Made by a program: the position numbers and the translations under genes
Part shown: positions 1 through 8,250 of the stretch, in pieces
Layout of the letters: the number at the start of each line of letters is the position of its first letter
How positions within the stretch are numbered: the first letter of the stretch is position 1
Notes under the pieces: model-generated
Told to the model about the DNA's origin: nothing
Seen by the model: the letters and a program-made list of their open reading frames with translations, nothing else
The model's database searches: none
Assembly (NCBI GenBank): GCA_965205915.1
Contig: OZ242191.1
Coordinates: forward strand, 100,383-164,382
Direction of reading: 5' to 3'
Origin: Dehalococcoidia bacterium
GTDB taxonomy: Bacteria > Chloroflexota > Dehalococcoidia > UBA6926
DNA length: 64,000 nucleotides

Positions 1-179
1 TTCCATTCGAAGTAGGCGAGGTTCAGCAGGCGATCGAATGGGGAAACATAATCGGGACCCGCAACCAACTAGCCCACGTCTATCTCGGTATAGATAACGA
101 TATCGTGTGGGATGTCTTGATCAGCAATCCTCCGACACTCATCGGCCAACTGCGCGCACTGCTATATTCAGCCGGCTAG
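1..179 (+). CDS. 3' end of a DUF86/HepT-like HEPN ribonuclease (partial, not in ORF track)
   Basis: Frame from nt 3 reads PFEVGEVQQAIEWGNIIGTRNQLAHVYLGIDNDIVWDVLISNPPTLIGQLRALLYSAG*; it contains the HEPN R-x4-H motif (RNQLAH) and the DUF86-like Y-x-x-ID-x-x-IVW tail. Confidence 0.8.
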   Translation, partial: PFEVGEVQQAIEWGNIIGTRNQLAHVYLGIDNDIVWDVLISNPPTLIGQLRALLYSAG

Positions 180-188
180 GAGCGTCGC

Positions 189-914
189 CTAATCACCCTC
201 CACGCTGCCGAAGCGGCGTTTGCGGTTGGCGTAGGCGTTTAGGGCTTTTTGTACTTCTTCCGGGCCGAAGTCCGGCCAGAGGGTTGGGGTGAAGTAGAGC
301 TCGGCGTAGGCTGCTTGCCATAGCAGGAAGTTGCTGATTCGCAGTTCGCCGCCGGTTCGAATCATCAGGTCAGGGTCGGGCAGGCCGTTGGTGAAGAGGC
401 GGCGGGCGAGTTGAGGCTCATCCACGTCGTCCGGTGTTAGACCATCGCGGATGAGCGATCGCGCAGCCTCAAGGATGTCTTCGCGGCCGCCGTAGTCGAA
501 CGCGACGCTCAATGTGATTCCGGTGTTGTCGCGCGTCATGTCCACGACGCGGTCGATTGCGGCGGCGATGTCGGGGCTGATGCGATCCTTGCGGCCCAGG
601 TGGACAAGCCGAGCGCCCTCTTCATGGAGGCGGGGGGCGTCCTCCTTGATAGCCTCGGCGGCGAGCGCCATGAGTCCCTTCACCTCTTCGTTGGGGCGTC
701 GCCAGTTCTCTGTGGAAAAGGCGTAGAGCGTGAGGTAGCGGACGCCACGCTCTGAGAATGCGCGGACGATGTCATGCAGCTTGATTCGGCCATGTTGGTG
801 GCCCTCTTCACGGCGTAGGGCACGTTCCCGCGCCCATCGACCGTTGCCATCCATGACGATGGCGACGTGGCCGGGGATGGCAGGGCTGTTTGGCTCAGGG
901 TCTGACTGCGTCAT
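189..914 (-). CDS. uppS: Undecaprenyl diphosphate synthase (isoprenyl transferase)
   Basis: HVAIVMDGNGRWA, YAFSTENWRRP, DLMIRTGGELRISNFLLWQ, RRFG motifs; follows frr. Confidence 0.97.
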   Translation of the reverse strand: MTQSDPEPNSPAIPGHVAIVMDGNGRWARERALRREEGHQHGRIKLHDIVRAFSERGVRYLTLYAFSTENWRRPNEEVKGLMALAAEAIKEDAPRLHEEGARLVHLGRKDRISPDIAAAIDRVVDMTRDNTGITLSVAFDYGGREDILEAARSLIRDGLTPDDVDEPQLARRLFTNGLPDPDLMIRTGGELRISNFLLWQAAYAELYFTPTLWPDFGPEEVQKALNAYANRKRRFGSVEGD

Positions 915-932
915 ACGGAGATAGCGCGCGGG

Positions 933-1490
933 TCAGACTTCCATGACGGCCGCTTCCTTGGCCGCTCCAATTTCGTCGACCCGGCCGGTGTAGCGGTCGG
1001 TGATTTTCTGGAGTTGGTCGGCGGCGCGATGCTCGTCGTCCTCAGAGATTTCCTTGTCGCGCATAAGGCGGCGGAGGTGGTCCATCGCGTCCCGGCGGAC
1101 GTTGCGAATGGCGACGCGCTCATCCTCGGACTTGGAACGGACGAGGCGTCCCATCTCTTTGCGTCGCTCCTCAGTCATGATCGGGATGGGGATGCGGAGC
1201 TTCTGGCCGTCGGCGATGGGTGAGAAGCCCAAATCGGTCTGGAGAATGGCGCGCTCGATGGCCGTTGTGGCGGAGCGGTCATAGGGCTGGACGACGAGGA
1301 GGCGCGGCTCCGGCGCGGTGATGGTTGCGAGTTGCTTGAGCGGGGTAGGGGTTCCGTAGTAGTCGACGCGCAGTTCCTCGATGAGGCCCGGGGAGGCGCG
1401 GCCGGTTCGGATGCCCGCCAGCTCGCGGTTCAGGACCTCACAGGTGCGCTGCATTCGATGTTCGGCGTCGTCCAGGATTTCTTGCGTCAT
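933..1490 (-). CDS. frr: Ribosome recycling factor
   Basis: IRTGRASP, RVAIRNVRRD, QKITD motifs; 185 aa; conserved synteny. Confidence 0.98.
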   Translation of the reverse strand: MTQEILDDAEHRMQRTCEVLNRELAGIRTGRASPGLIEELRVDYYGTPTPLKQLATITAPEPRLLVVQPYDRSATTAIERAILQTDLGFSPIADGQKLRIPIPIMTEERRKEMGRLVRSKSEDERVAIRNVRRDAMDHLRRLMRDKEISEDDEHRAADQLQKITDRYTGRVDEIGAAKEAAVMEV

Positions 1491-1523
1491 GATTTTCCCT
1501 CTCCCGCCGGCAATACGGAGATC

Positions 1524-2255
1524 TCATCGCGAGCCGGTGGCGTTGACGAGCGTGCCGACGGTTTCCCCACTTAGTATCCTGCCAATGCTGCCGGTGTCAA
1601 AGATGTCAAAGACGACGATGGGCAGGTTGTTGTCCATGCAGAGTGTCAGGGCGGTGCTATCCATGATGCCGAGCCGGAGATTGAGCGCGTCCATGTAGCT
1701 GATGCTGGAGTAGCGTTTTGCGCCGGGGTTCCGGTTGGGGTCGGAGTCGTAGATGCCGTCCACCTTGTTCTTGGACATGAGGAGCACATCTGCGCCGACC
1801 TCAACGGCCCTCAGCGCTGCTGCCGTGTCCGTCGTCATGTACGGGTTGCCGGTTCCGGCGGCAAAGACGACGACGCGTCCTTTTTCCATGTGGCGAATCG
1901 AACGGCGGCGGATGTAGGGCTCCGCGACGGCCTGGATGTTAATGGCGGAAAGGGTGCGGACGTTCGCGCCGAGGCTCTCAAGGGAGGTCTGGAGCGCGAG
2001 GGCGTTGATGACGGTGGCCAACATGCCGGAGTAGTCGGCCGTGGCGCGATCCATGCCGGACTCCTCGGCGATTCGGCCACGCCAGATATTGCCGCCACCG
2101 ACGACGAGGCCCATCTGGACGCCGGAGTTCAGGACGTTGCAGACCTCTGTGGCGACCTGACGGACGGTATCGACGTCAATGCCGTACGGGCGGGGGCCCA
2201 TGAGCGCCTCGCCGCTGAGCTTGAGGAGAACTCGCCGAGGTTTATCGCTGTCCAG
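1524..2255 (-). CDS. pyrH: UMP kinase (true start is upstream of the ORF-track ATG; probable CTG start at 2255)
   Basis: GGGNIWRG, FAAGTGNPYMTTD, KVDGIYDSDP motifs; the frame upstream of 2201 reads LDSDKPRRVLLKLSGEAL, the conserved N-terminus. Confidence 0.95.
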   Translation of the reverse strand: MDSDKPRRVLLKLSGEALMGPRPYGIDVDTVRQVATEVCNVLNSGVQMGLVVGGGNIWRGRIAEESGMDRATADYSGMLATVINALALQTSLESLGANVRTLSAINIQAVAEPYIRRRSIRHMEKGRVVVFAAGTGNPYMTTDTAAALRAVEVGADVLLMSKNKVDGIYDSDPNRNPGAKRYSSISYMDALNLRLGIMDSTALTLCMDNNLPIVVFDIFDTGSIGRILSGETVGTLVNATGSR

Positions 2256-2293
2256 CGTGTCAGCCTCTTTTCTCAGCGTCCCTCTTGGGGGAC

Positions 2294-2803
2294 CTATTCT
2301 TCGCCGAGGCCGTAGCGGACGAATCGCCTTATGACGATGTTTTCGCCGACCTTGGCAACGGTGTCGGTCACAAGATTTCCGATTGTCTGGCTTGAATCCT
2401 TGACGAAGGGTTGGTGGAGGAGGCGGGGCTCGCCATCGGACGTATCGAGGTCATCGAGCGGGCGCTCATCGTCGATTGCCTGCGGGTCCATCGCGGCGAC
2501 CTGGAGGGCGATATTGTGTGCCAGCTCCTTGAAATCGTCGGTGCGCGCGACGAAGTCCGTCTCGCAGTTGAGCTCAACGATGACGCCGATGCGGCCGCCG
2601 GCGTGGACGTAGGTCTCGATGAGGCCCTCGTTGGCGGCGCGGGAGGCCTTCTTGGCGACGGTGGCGATGCCGCGCTCCCTGAGGAGGGCAATGGCCTTGT
2701 CCATGTCGCCATTGGCGTCCTGGAGGGCGTTTTTGCAGTCCATGATTCCGGCGCTTGTGCGCTCACGCAGTTCCTTGATTGCGTCAGCCGAGATGGTCGT
2801 CAC
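2294..2803 (-). CDS. tsf: Elongation factor Ts (short form)
   Basis: IKELRERTSAGIMDCKNAL, ELNCETDFVA, ENIVIRRFVRY. Confidence 0.97.
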   Translation of the reverse strand: MTTISADAIKELRERTSAGIMDCKNALQDANGDMDKAIALLRERGIATVAKKASRAANEGLIETYVHAGGRIGVIVELNCETDFVARTDDFKELAHNIALQVAAMDPQAIDDERPLDDLDTSDGEPRLLHQPFVKDSSQTIGNLVTDTVAKVGENIVIRRFVRYGLGEE

Positions 2804-2922
2804 TTTATGCTCCTGCTGCCATTGTTTGCGCCGTTCATCTTGCGTGGCGCGTTGATTTTCCTTGCGTGTCTCTTGTCGGGCGGTAGAGTGCCCACGGTGT
2901 TTCGTCGATCGAGGGTAGGGCG

Positions 2923-3744
2923 CTAGGCGGTTGCCGCCCCTGCTTCTCTCTCTTGTCGGATGCGCTGTCCCTCAGCCACGCCCTCGACGACGGCGTCCGC
3001 GATGCGGCCGGTCATGAGGCGCAGGGCGCGGATGGCGTCATCATTGCCGGGGATTGGGTAATCGATAAGGTCGACGTTGCAGTCGGTGTCGGCGATGGCG
3101 ACGATGGGGATTCCCATCTTTCGCCCCTCGGCGATGGCGATCTTTTCACGCGCGGCGTCGATGACGTAGAGCGCGCCCGGCATCTCCGTCATTTCCTTGA
3201 TGCCGCCGAGATAGCGGTTAAGCTTGCCGATTCGTTCTTCGAGACGGCCCGCCTCTTTCTTTGGCAGGAAGGCGAATTCGCCCTTGGCGCGACGGTCTTC
3301 CTGGCGAACAAGGAAGTCGATGCGGGACTGAATTGTGCGGAAATTGGTGAGTGTGCCGCCGAGCCAACGCTGGTTGACCCATGGCTGCTCGGCGCGGAGC
3401 GCCTCCGATGATACGGCGTCCTGCGCCTGCTTCTTTGTGCCGACGAACAGGATTTTCTTGCCGGTCATAGCGACTTGACGAATGAACTCCGCCGCCGCTT
3501 CAAGGCGGTCAAGAGTTTTCTGGAGATCGATGATGTGAATGCCGTTGCGCTGTGTGAAGACAAACGGCTTCATCTTGGGGTGCCAGCGGCGGGTGGGATG
3601 ACCGAAATGGACTCCGGCCTCCAGAAGCAATTTCATGGTGATTTCCGGCTTATCGTCGCTGTCGGGCGTCGGCGGTGTTTCCGCCACTGCCAGAATCGGC
3701 GCCGTGTCTTCGCTGGCCGTTGTTGTGCCGCCGTCCGTCGTCAA
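2923..3744 (-). CDS. rpsB: 30S ribosomal protein S2 (acidic N-terminal extension, TTG start)
   Basis: [30 protein letters not shown]; SD-like AAGGGGTGG upstream of the TTG. Confidence 0.97.
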   Translation of the reverse strand: MTTDGGTTTASEDTAPILAVAETPPTPDSDDKPEITMKLLLEAGVHFGHPTRRWHPKMKPFVFTQRNGIHIIDLQKTLDRLEAAAEFIRQVAMTGKKILFVGTKKQAQDAVSSEALRAEQPWVNQRWLGGTLTNFRTIQSRIDFLVRQEDRRAKGEFAFLPKKEAGRLEERIGKLNRYLGGIKEMTEMPGALYVIDAAREKIAIAEGRKMGIPIVAIADTDCNVDLIDYPIPGNDDAIRALRLMTGRIADAVVEGVAEGQRIRQEREAGAATA

Positions 3745-3783
3745 GAGCCACCCCTTTTACGTATACAAACCTGTATTTGGCTC

Positions 3784-3792
3784 AGTATAGCA
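3784..3792 (-). promoter_or_regulatory. Extended -10 promoter candidate for the rpsB-tsf operon
   Basis: Minus strand TGC-TATACT about 40 nt upstream of the rpsB start. Confidence 0.55.
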
Positions 3793-3982
3793 TGGGGGGC
3801 ATGACGGGCAGCGCCAACACTGCCTGATGTGGACGGTATGCGCCATCGGTTGACCCCAGATACGGCCACACCTACAATCGTATGTGCCGCCGACCGGAGA
3901 ATCGGTCAGAACATAACCCGCGCAGGCCAGAGGGCGGCAGATAGCAACAGGCATCTTCGGGCCTTGCGGGAACGGGGTAACA

Positions 3983-4249
3983 ATGTCACCACGATACGAT
4001 TACGACTGCCCAACCTGCGGAAGCCGCTTTGAGCTTCGGCAGGGTTTCGACTCGGAGCCGATTGCGCCGTGCCCGTCGTGCGAGACGGAGAGCAAGCGCG
4101 TGCTGTACGCGCCGCAGGTGGTCTATAACGCGAGCGGTTTCTACACGAGCGATAAGAAGAATACCGGCTTTGGGAGCTATTGGAACCGCAAGTCCGAGGC
4201 GGAAGACCATGGCAAGGTGGATCCCGACACGGGAGTCGGCGCTTACTAG
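3983..4249 (+). CDS. FmdB-family zinc-ribbon protein
   Basis: MSPRYDYDCPTCG..FE..Q......CPSC, then GFY. Confidence 0.85.
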   Translation: MSPRYDYDCPTCGSRFELRQGFDSEPIAPCPSCETESKRVLYAPQVVYNASGFYTSDKKNTGFGSYWNRKSEAEDHGKVDPDTGVGAY

Positions 4250-4322
4250 GACGCGCACTCACACCGGTTCGGGTTTTTGCAGTTATTTTCGACTCGCTGA
4301 TTTTCAAACGGGAACGATAGCC

Positions 4323-4649
4323 ATGCCGATGTACGACTACTCATGCCAATCATGCTCGCACAGGTTTGCCGTGCGGCAGGGGTACCACGACGCGCGAGAG
4401 GCGCCATGCCCGCAATGCGGCGGGGCGGCTGAGCAGCGGATCTCCATGCCCGCCGTTATTTTCAAGGGCAGCGGGTTCTATGTGAACGATTACGGCGGCA
4501 AGAAGACCGGGCAGCCGCCGGCCAAGGACACCGGCGACGACGGCGGTGATTCCGGCGGGGACGCCGATAGTGGCGGAGACGATCACGACCACGCGTCCGC
4601 CGGGGCATCCGACCATTCACACCCGCACCCGCATCCGCGCCCTGACTAG
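4323..4649 (+). CDS. FmdB-family zinc-ribbon protein with Asp/Gly/His-rich tail
   Basis: MPMYDYSCQSC..F......CPQCGG, VIFKGSGFYVND; tail DDHDHASAGASDHSHPHPHP. ATG at 4323 lies inside ORF 4029..4649. Confidence 0.88.
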   Translation: MPMYDYSCQSCSHRFAVRQGYHDAREAPCPQCGGAAEQRISMPAVIFKGSGFYVNDYGGKKTGQPPAKDTGDDGGDSGGDADSGGDDHDHASAGASDHSHPHPHPRPD

Positions 4650-4780
4650 GTAGGCGGCGCGACCTGCGTGCCCCCCGCCTGCGCGGGGGATTCGGGAAAG
4701 CGCGGGGGATTCGAAAGAAAAATTCGGGGATTCTGCTGCGAATTCGTATTGCGGCGCCGGGTGGCAGATTGGAGTTCCTA

Positions 4781-4805
4781 GATTCCTCGCTGCGCTCGGA
4801 ATGAT
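4781..4805 (+). repeat. REP-like palindrome, family B (GATTCCTCGCTGCGCTCGGAATGA)
   Basis: Same element recurs five times in 6300-6724 and at 34102, 34168 and 34802. Confidence 0.85.
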
Positions 4806-4857
4806 ATGGAACGGAGTCGGCAGGCGTTACGGACTGTGGCCGGGCAATGGAGTTCAA

Positions 4858-5265
4858 GATTCCCGCTTTCGCGGGAATGACGGGTGGGGTGGATTCCCGC
4901 TTTCGCGGGAATGACGGGTGGGGTGGATTCCCGCTTGCGTGGGAATGACGGGCGGGGTGGATTCCCGCTTGCGTGGGAATGACGGGCGGGGTGGATTCCC
5001 GCTTTCGCGGGAATGACGGGTGGGGTGGATTCCGGCTTGCGTGGGAATGACGGGCGGGGTGGATTCCGGCCTGCGCGGGAATGACGGGTGGGGTGGATTC
5101 CGGCTTGCGTGGGAATGACGGGTGGGGTGGATTCCGGCTTGCGTGGGAATGATGGGTGGGATGGATTCCGGCTTTCGCGGGGATGATGGGTGGGGTGGAT
5201 TCCGGCTTTCGCGGGGGTGACGGGTGGGGTGGATTCCCGCTTGCGTGGGGATGATGGGTGGGATG
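4858..5265 (+). repeat. Tandem array of 12 x 34-bp units, each a family A REP-like palindrome plus a G-rich linker
   Basis: GATTCC starts at 4858, 4892, 4926, 4960, 4994, 5028, 5062, 5096, 5130, 5164, 5198 and 5232; first unit is GATTCCCGCTTTCGCGGGAATGACGGGTGGGGTG. Confidence 0.97.
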
Positions 5266-5266
5266 G

Positions 5267-5731
5267 ATGCGGGTTGTTATTCAGCGGGTTTTACGGGCGA
5301 GTGTGCGCGTTGATGGGGAGATCATCGGGGAGATTGGGGCTGGCGCTCTGATTCTCGCGGGGGTTCGTGTGGGTGACACCGAGGATGATGTTCGCTATTT
5401 GACGGGCAAGATCAGCGGGTTGCGTATCTTCGCCGATGGGGACAAGCATTTCGAACGCTCTATCACAGAGACCGGCGGCTCGCTGCTTGTCGTCAGCCAA
5501 TTCACGCTGTACGCGGATACGCGCAAGGGACGCAGGCCGAGTTTCGTGGAGGCCGCGCCGCCTGCTGAGGCGGAACGGCTGTATGAACTGCTTGTTGGTG
5601 AGCTGCGCGGGCAGGGGCTGACGGTGGAGACGGGGCGTTTCGGGGCGATGATGGACGTTGAACTGGTCAATGCAGGGCCGGTGACGGTGATCATCGACAG
5701 TGAGGACAGGCAGCGGGCGAGACGCGGCTAA
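5267..5731 (+). CDS. dtd: D-aminoacyl-tRNA deacylase
   Basis: MRVVIQRV, SQFTLYADTRKGRRPSF, TGRFGAMMDVELVNAGPVT. Confidence 0.97.
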   Translation: MRVVIQRVLRASVRVDGEIIGEIGAGALILAGVRVGDTEDDVRYLTGKISGLRIFADGDKHFERSITETGGSLLVVSQFTLYADTRKGRRPSFVEAAPPAEAERLYELLVGELRGQGLTVETGRFGAMMDVELVNAGPVTVIIDSEDRQRARRG

Positions 5732-6234
5732 ATCGCCGGCGGGCGGATCGTTAGCTCGACTGAGATGAGAGCCAACACGATAACAACGATCAGGACGAGC
5801 GATATTCCCACAAACCAGGGGATGTAGCGCTGGAACGGCAGCGGCTCCTCCGGCGGTCTGAGCGGCGGCCACGTCGCGCCCCGCGAGGCAAGAACCAGGT
5901 TTTCCAGCGACTTTCCGGCGATGGCGGTGACACCCGCCTCCTGCACACTCTCACGAGCGCCGTCCGAAAGCTCCGCGTCCGTTATCAAGAATGCCGTCTG
6001 CGCCTGTAGAGATTCTTTCTGGTTGCTGAACTCCTGCACGACGGCGGGGCCGAGTTTCTCCGGCGAGACACCGAACTCGAATCGGGCTATGGCGCGGTGG
6101 CCGCGGCCCTGGAGTATGACGAGATCGCCGATCGGTGGGGAATCGCCGGTGGTAGTCGTTGGCAGGTGAAAGCCGCCACGTCCCAGGTAGCCGAGGACGA
6201 TGTCGCGGACGGTCTCGGGTTCGTAACGTCTCAT
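5728..6234 (-). CDS. Mrr-like restriction-endonuclease-fold protein with C-terminal TM helix
   Basis: LGPAVVQEF...AFLITDAELSDGARE...GVTAIAGKSLENL resembles the Mrr catalytic-domain C-half; C-terminal hydrophobic helix WFVGISLVLIVVIVLALISV. Confidence 0.6.
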   Translation of the reverse strand: MRRYEPETVRDIVLGYLGRGGFHLPTTTTGDSPPIGDLVILQGRGHRAIARFEFGVSPEKLGPAVVQEFSNQKESLQAQTAFLITDAELSDGARESVQEAGVTAIAGKSLENLVLASRGATWPPLRPPEEPLPFQRYIPWFVGISLVLIVVIVLALISVELTIRPPAI

Positions 6235-6241
6235 GTGGGAA

Positions 6242-6779
6242 GGATAGCGCGCGGCGGGGGCCGGCGTTACGGGGTTGGGAGGGGGAATGGAGGCTTTAGA
6301 TTCCTCGCTGCGCTCGGAATGACAGGGAAATTGGGAATTATGGATAGCGCGGGATAGGGAGTGGCGTTATGGGGTTGGGAGGGGGAATGGAGGCTTTAGA
6401 TTCCTCGCTGCGCTCGGAATGACAGGGAAATTGGGAATTATGGATAGCGCGGGATAGGGAGTGGCGTTATGGGGTTGGGAGGGGGAATGGAGGCTTTAGA
6501 TTCCTCGCTGCGCTCGGAATGACAGGGAAATTGGGAATTATGGATAGCGCGGGATAGGGAGTGGCGTTATGGGGTTGGGAGGGGGAATGGAGGCTTTAGA
6601 TTCCTCGCTGCGCTCGGAATGACAGGGAAATTGGGAATTATGGATAGCGCGCGGCGGGGGGCCGGCGTTACGGGGTTGAGAGGGGGAATGGAGGCTTAGA
6701 TTCCTCGCTGCGCTCGGAATGACAGGGAAATTGGGAATTGTGGATAGCGCGGGATAGGGAGTGGCGTTATGGGGTCGGG
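6242..6779 (+). repeat. Tandem array of five 100-bp units plus a partial unit, each carrying one family B REP-like palindrome
   Basis: TTCCTCGCTG begins at exactly 6301, 6401, 6501, 6601 and 6701. Confidence 0.97.
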
Positions 6780-6796
6780 TTGCGAAATGAGGGGCA

Positions 6797-6970
6797 GATT
6801 CCCGCGTTCGCGGGAATGACGGTGTGTGTGGCGGGAATGACGGTGTGTGTGGCGGGAATGACGAATGTGTGTGGCGGGAATGACGGTGTGTGTGGCGGGA
6901 ATGACGAATGTGTGTGGCGGGAATGACGGTGTGTGTGGCGGGAATGACGAGTACGGGTTTGGGGATGACG
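6797..6970 (+). repeat. Family A REP followed by about seven 21-22-bp half-REP units (GCGGGAATGACGGTGTGTGTG)
   Basis: Direct reading of 6797-6970. Confidence 0.9.
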
Positions 6971-6983
6971 GCGGTGAGGGCTG

Positions 6984-7358
6984 TTAGCGGCGGCGGCGTC
7001 TGCGGTTGGCTGTTGGTCTCATGCTCGGGGGGAGACGCTTGCCGCCGCCGGGGCCGCGATATGACGACTCGCCGGGTTCTCGGTCTTCGATGGGCGCGGG
7101 GGCTTCACGGCGCGGAGTCTTGTTGGCGTTTCGGCGGCGTTTCCAGAGCCAGATGTAGACGGGAATCATGACGGCAGTGAAATAGACCGTCGAGCCGACG
7201 ATGAGCGTCCGCTCATTCGCCGCGACGAAATCGCCGAGCGGTGTTCCGGCCTGATTCTCGATGAGCCACTGCGTGGTCCACGGGAGATGCAGCGGATTCA
7301 GGACGATGAATCCGACGCCGACGAGGCCGATGAGGTAGTTTCGGTAATTTTTGTTCAT
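6984..7358 (-). CDS. Hypothetical membrane protein (two TM helices)
   Basis: Hydrophobic segments YLIGLVGVGFIVL and LIVGSTVYFTAVMIPVYIWLW followed by a basic tail. Confidence 0.55.
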   Translation of the reverse strand: MNKNYRNYLIGLVGVGFIVLNPLHLPWTTQWLIENQAGTPLGDFVAANERTLIVGSTVYFTAVMIPVYIWLWKRRRNANKTPRREAPAPIEDREPGESSYRGPGGGKRLPPSMRPTANRRRRRR

Positions 7359-7576
7359 GACGATGTTGGGAGCGGGTTTGTCCGTTACGCGCCGCTCCTT
7401 GGATTATCGTGGGGTCAGCGCATAAAGGATGTCAACGGCAAGGACGAGGATTTAGGTTGGTAGCAGGTTTATCCGACCCCTATTTGAAGACGACATAATA
7501 TCTATTGTGCGAAGTTGGATATGTTGGGCCGGAGAGTGGCCGTAAGCCCACTGCCCGTCAGAATTGAGTAGCGCGC

Positions 7577-8044
7577 ATGGAAATCATCGAGATCGTAAAG
7601 CAGTCGGTGTCCGTGGCGATACGATCCGTCGCGGCGGACGGACGCGAGCGCGTTGTTGCCGTTTTGAGGCCGGAGGTCTCTGGTGATGCGCTCGGCGGGC
7701 TGTGGGGACTGCCGGCGGCGAGTCTTCGTGAGGGCGAGACACCTGAGGATGCCGTAGCGCGTGTTTTACGCGATAAGTTGGGTCTTGGTACCCTGGACGG
7801 CATTAAGCCTATCAATGAGGGTCGCCACGATCAGGACGGTTATACGCAGACGATGACGGTATATGCGGTTACGTGGGATGGCGAGCAGCCGGCGCCCATT
7901 GAACTGCCCGCGCCTCATGTGGATCCGACGGTGACGATGTATCGGGATTGGCGGTGGGCTGCGCCTGAGGAGTTGCGGGAGGCGGCGGAGCGGGGGTCGT
8001 TGTGCACGCGGCTGTATTTGGAGTGGGTTGGGGCGCAGGGGTGA
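7577..8044 (+). CDS. NUDIX-fold protein with degenerate Nudix box
   Basis: WGLPAASLREGETPEDAVARVLRDKLG; the RE-x-x-EE glutamates are absent. Confidence 0.7.
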   Translation: MEIIEIVKQSVSVAIRSVAADGRERVVAVLRPEVSGDALGGLWGLPAASLREGETPEDAVARVLRDKLGLGTLDGIKPINEGRHDQDGYTQTMTVYAVTWDGEQPAPIELPAPHVDPTVTMYRDWRWAAPEELREAAERGSLCTRLYLEWVGAQG

Positions 8045-8090
8045 CAGAGAGGTGTTGCGTTACGGAGTTTGGTTGGGAAATGGAGGCTGG

Positions 8091-8250
8091 GATTCCCGCT
8101 TTCGCGGGAATGACGGCGGGGAGCGGGAATGACGGTGGCGGGCGCGGGGGTGACGACGGGGTTAGGCGCGGGTGGCGGAGGGGTTAGGCGCGGGTGACGA
8201 CGGGGTTGGGCGCGGGTGGCGGGGGGGTTAGGCGCGGGTGGCGGAGGCTA
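8091..8250 (+). repeat. Family A REP plus degenerate G-rich tandem tail overlapping the hflX 3' end
   Basis: GATTCCCGCTTTCGCGGGAATGAC at 8091-8114, then repeated TGACG and TTAGGCGCGGGTG units. Confidence 0.85.

Noticed and set aside
4858-5265. CRISPR array
   Set aside because: Units are contiguous with near-constant 10-nt G-rich linkers rather than unique spacers, no cas genes are in the window, and the same palindrome is dispersed as single copies.
6242-6950. CRISPR array or real short ORFs (6738..6926, 6908..7171)
   Set aside because: The inter-palindrome sequence is itself repeated, and the ORFs are translations of the repeat (MTVCVAG)n.
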